DNA of 61,936 nt, the filler included. It is 6 parts of 6 records of this genome, joined end to end, with 100 filler letters (N's around TTAATTAATTAA, not from the genome) between each part and the next. Parts side by side here need not be neighbours in the genome. Positions count along the whole stretch, not along the records: positions 56,656 to 61,936 come from SRR31156797_10004; 5 more parts are not named here. One strand, 5' to 3'. Made by a program: the position numbers and the translations under genes. Positions within the stretch are counted from its first letter, which is position 1; each line of letters opens with the position of its first letter. Positions 60,794 through 61,936 of the stretch are shown piece after piece. The notes beneath the pieces were generated by a model that saw only the letters and a program-made list of their open reading frames with translations, did not search any database and was not told the DNA's origin.

Positions 60794-61573
60794 ATGGATG
60801 ATACCATGATACTGCTGAAATATTTTATTCGGACATATCTTATCCTTCGCTATTCTTTCCACCGGATCAGCCGGACGGGTTCCTTCAGCCCCCGCCACAA
60901 TTGCCGGTATCTGACAGGCCCCTACAAAAACGCGGGAAACCCCGTCAAAGACGGGCTGCACCGCTACCATGTCAAGCAGTTCCATGAAGCATCCTGTTCC
61001 GTGGCCACGGTGGCTTCGGCCGTGAATACCCTGGCCCGCCGCCAGGGCTTGAATTCCCATGAGCACTTTCCCCTGAGCCAGCAGGATCTTTTGAACACCG
61101 TCACGGCCGCCCATTGGAAGCAACGCATGGGGGCCAATGGCTATAACGGGCGCAGGGGATTGCCCCTGGAGGTGTTGGGTAAGGTGGTGAAAGAGAGCCT
61201 TGAAGTGCATGGCATTGCCCACAAATCCGTGGAGATCTTCCGGACACCGGGCCCCCGCTCCCCTGGGGCGGCCGGAGCCCGCCAGGATTTGCGGGATCGC
61301 CTTGTGGCGTTTGAAAACAAGGGTGCTTGCCTGGTCCTGGCCCATTTTGACCAGGGCAGCTTTATCCGGGAAATGAATATCCCCCACATCTCTCCGGTGG
61401 GGGGCTATGATCCGGTTTCAGACCGGGTGAAGATTCTGGATGTGGACCCCTCCCAACCCCATCCCTATGAGATCCCCTTTGGGGTCTTTTACCGGGGGAT
61501 CTTCACCCGTTACCAGAATGTATTTCGAAAATTCGGCTATGGCCGGGGGGGATGTATTTTTATCTGGCTGTAA
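60794..61573 (+). CDS. Phytochelatin synthase-like papain-fold enzyme
   Basis: Q-x5-C (QFHEASC), HISPVGGYD, ILDV with Asp 18 residues after His. Confidence 0.85.
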   Translation: MDDTMILLKYFIRTYLILRYSFHRISRTGSFSPRHNCRYLTGPYKNAGNPVKDGLHRYHVKQFHEASCSVATVASAVNTLARRQGLNSHEHFPLSQQDLLNTVTAAHWKQRMGANGYNGRRGLPLEVLGKVVKESLEVHGIAHKSVEIFRTPGPRSPGAAGARQDLRDRLVAFENKGACLVLAHFDQGSFIREMNIPHISPVGGYDPVSDRVKILDVDPSQPHPYEIPFGVFYRGIFTRYQNVFRKFGYGRGGCIFIWL

Positions 61574-61586
61574 ATCAGGAGGTATC

Positions 61587-61936
61587 ATGAATTCCCAGGA
61601 CATTTTTAAACATGCGTTGGCCTATGAAAGACAGATCCGGGATCTATACCGGTCTGCCGTGGAAACCATTGACGACAACAGGGGGAAAGCCATTTTCAAG
61701 GCCCTGGCCGATGATGAACAGTCCCATGTCGATTTTCTGGAATACAGCCTGGATTTGCTGGCATCGGCCGGGGAGATCGATATGGAAAAGCTTGGATCCG
61801 CCATCCCGGCGCCGGCTGAAGACCGGATTCAACGGATGAAGGCCAGGATTCCCGAACAGATGCTGGGGGATGTCAAGCGGGTCCTGAATGCAGCCCTGGT
61901 CCTCGAGATCGAAACCAGCAATTTTTATAAAGAGGC
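61587..61936 (+). CDS. Ferritin-like/rubrerythrin-family protein, 3' truncated
   Basis: SD AGGAGG. MNSQDIFKHALAYE...LY...IFKALADDEQSH...ALVLEIETSNFY, with diiron E and ExxH pattern. Absent from the ORF track. Confidence 0.85.
   Translation, partial: MNSQDIFKHALAYERQIRDLYRSAVETIDDNRGKAIFKALADDEQSHVDFLEYSLDLLASAGEIDMEKLGSAIPAPAEDRIQRMKARIPEQMLGDVKRVLNAALVLEIETSNFYKE

Noticed and set aside
61612..61839. 75-aa ORF in the track
   Set aside because: Wrong frame. The real gene starts at 61587 and runs off the window.

Overview
The window is not one locus. It is six unrelated contig fragments joined by five 100-bp artificial spacers (N44-TTAATTAATTAA-N44). (1) 1-8060 is an AT-rich Bacteroidota fragment: a T9SS-secreted BACON/LRR/Ig protein, two TPR genes, an RSH enzyme with a degenerate HD motif, ferritin, an acetyl-CoA hydrolase/transferase and a candidate orphan sRNA. 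(2) 8161-15584 is a probable Desulfobacterota fragment: a secreted glycine-rich repeat protein preceded by tandem LytTR boxes and a structured leader, a LytTR regulator, a divergent beta-propeller hybrid kinase and a partial acyl-CoA dehydrogenase. (3) 15685-36219 is the Vibrio polar flagellar region flgT-flgOP-flgNMA-cheVR-flgB..L-flaA-FlaX-flaC, with readable sigma54/sigma28 promoters, ERIC-like repeat pieces and a tRNA-Leu 3' end. (4-6) 36320-61936 are Desulfobacteraceae-like fragments: gpsA, tatD, acyl-CoA ligases, yhbY, LOG, a GAF-YeiH fusion, groESL, a bS22-like small protein missing from the ORF track, hflKC, a radical SAM operon, a chemotaxis cluster, a phytochelatin-synthase-like enzyme and a ferritin-like gene. 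I found no CRISPR array, transposase, integrase or recognisable defence system. The best candidates for something undescribed are the propeller-kinase/LytTR/secreted-repeat-protein module, the GAF-YeiH fusion with its long leader, and the sRNA candidate upstream of ferritin. All three are inferences from motif reading, not database-confirmed.
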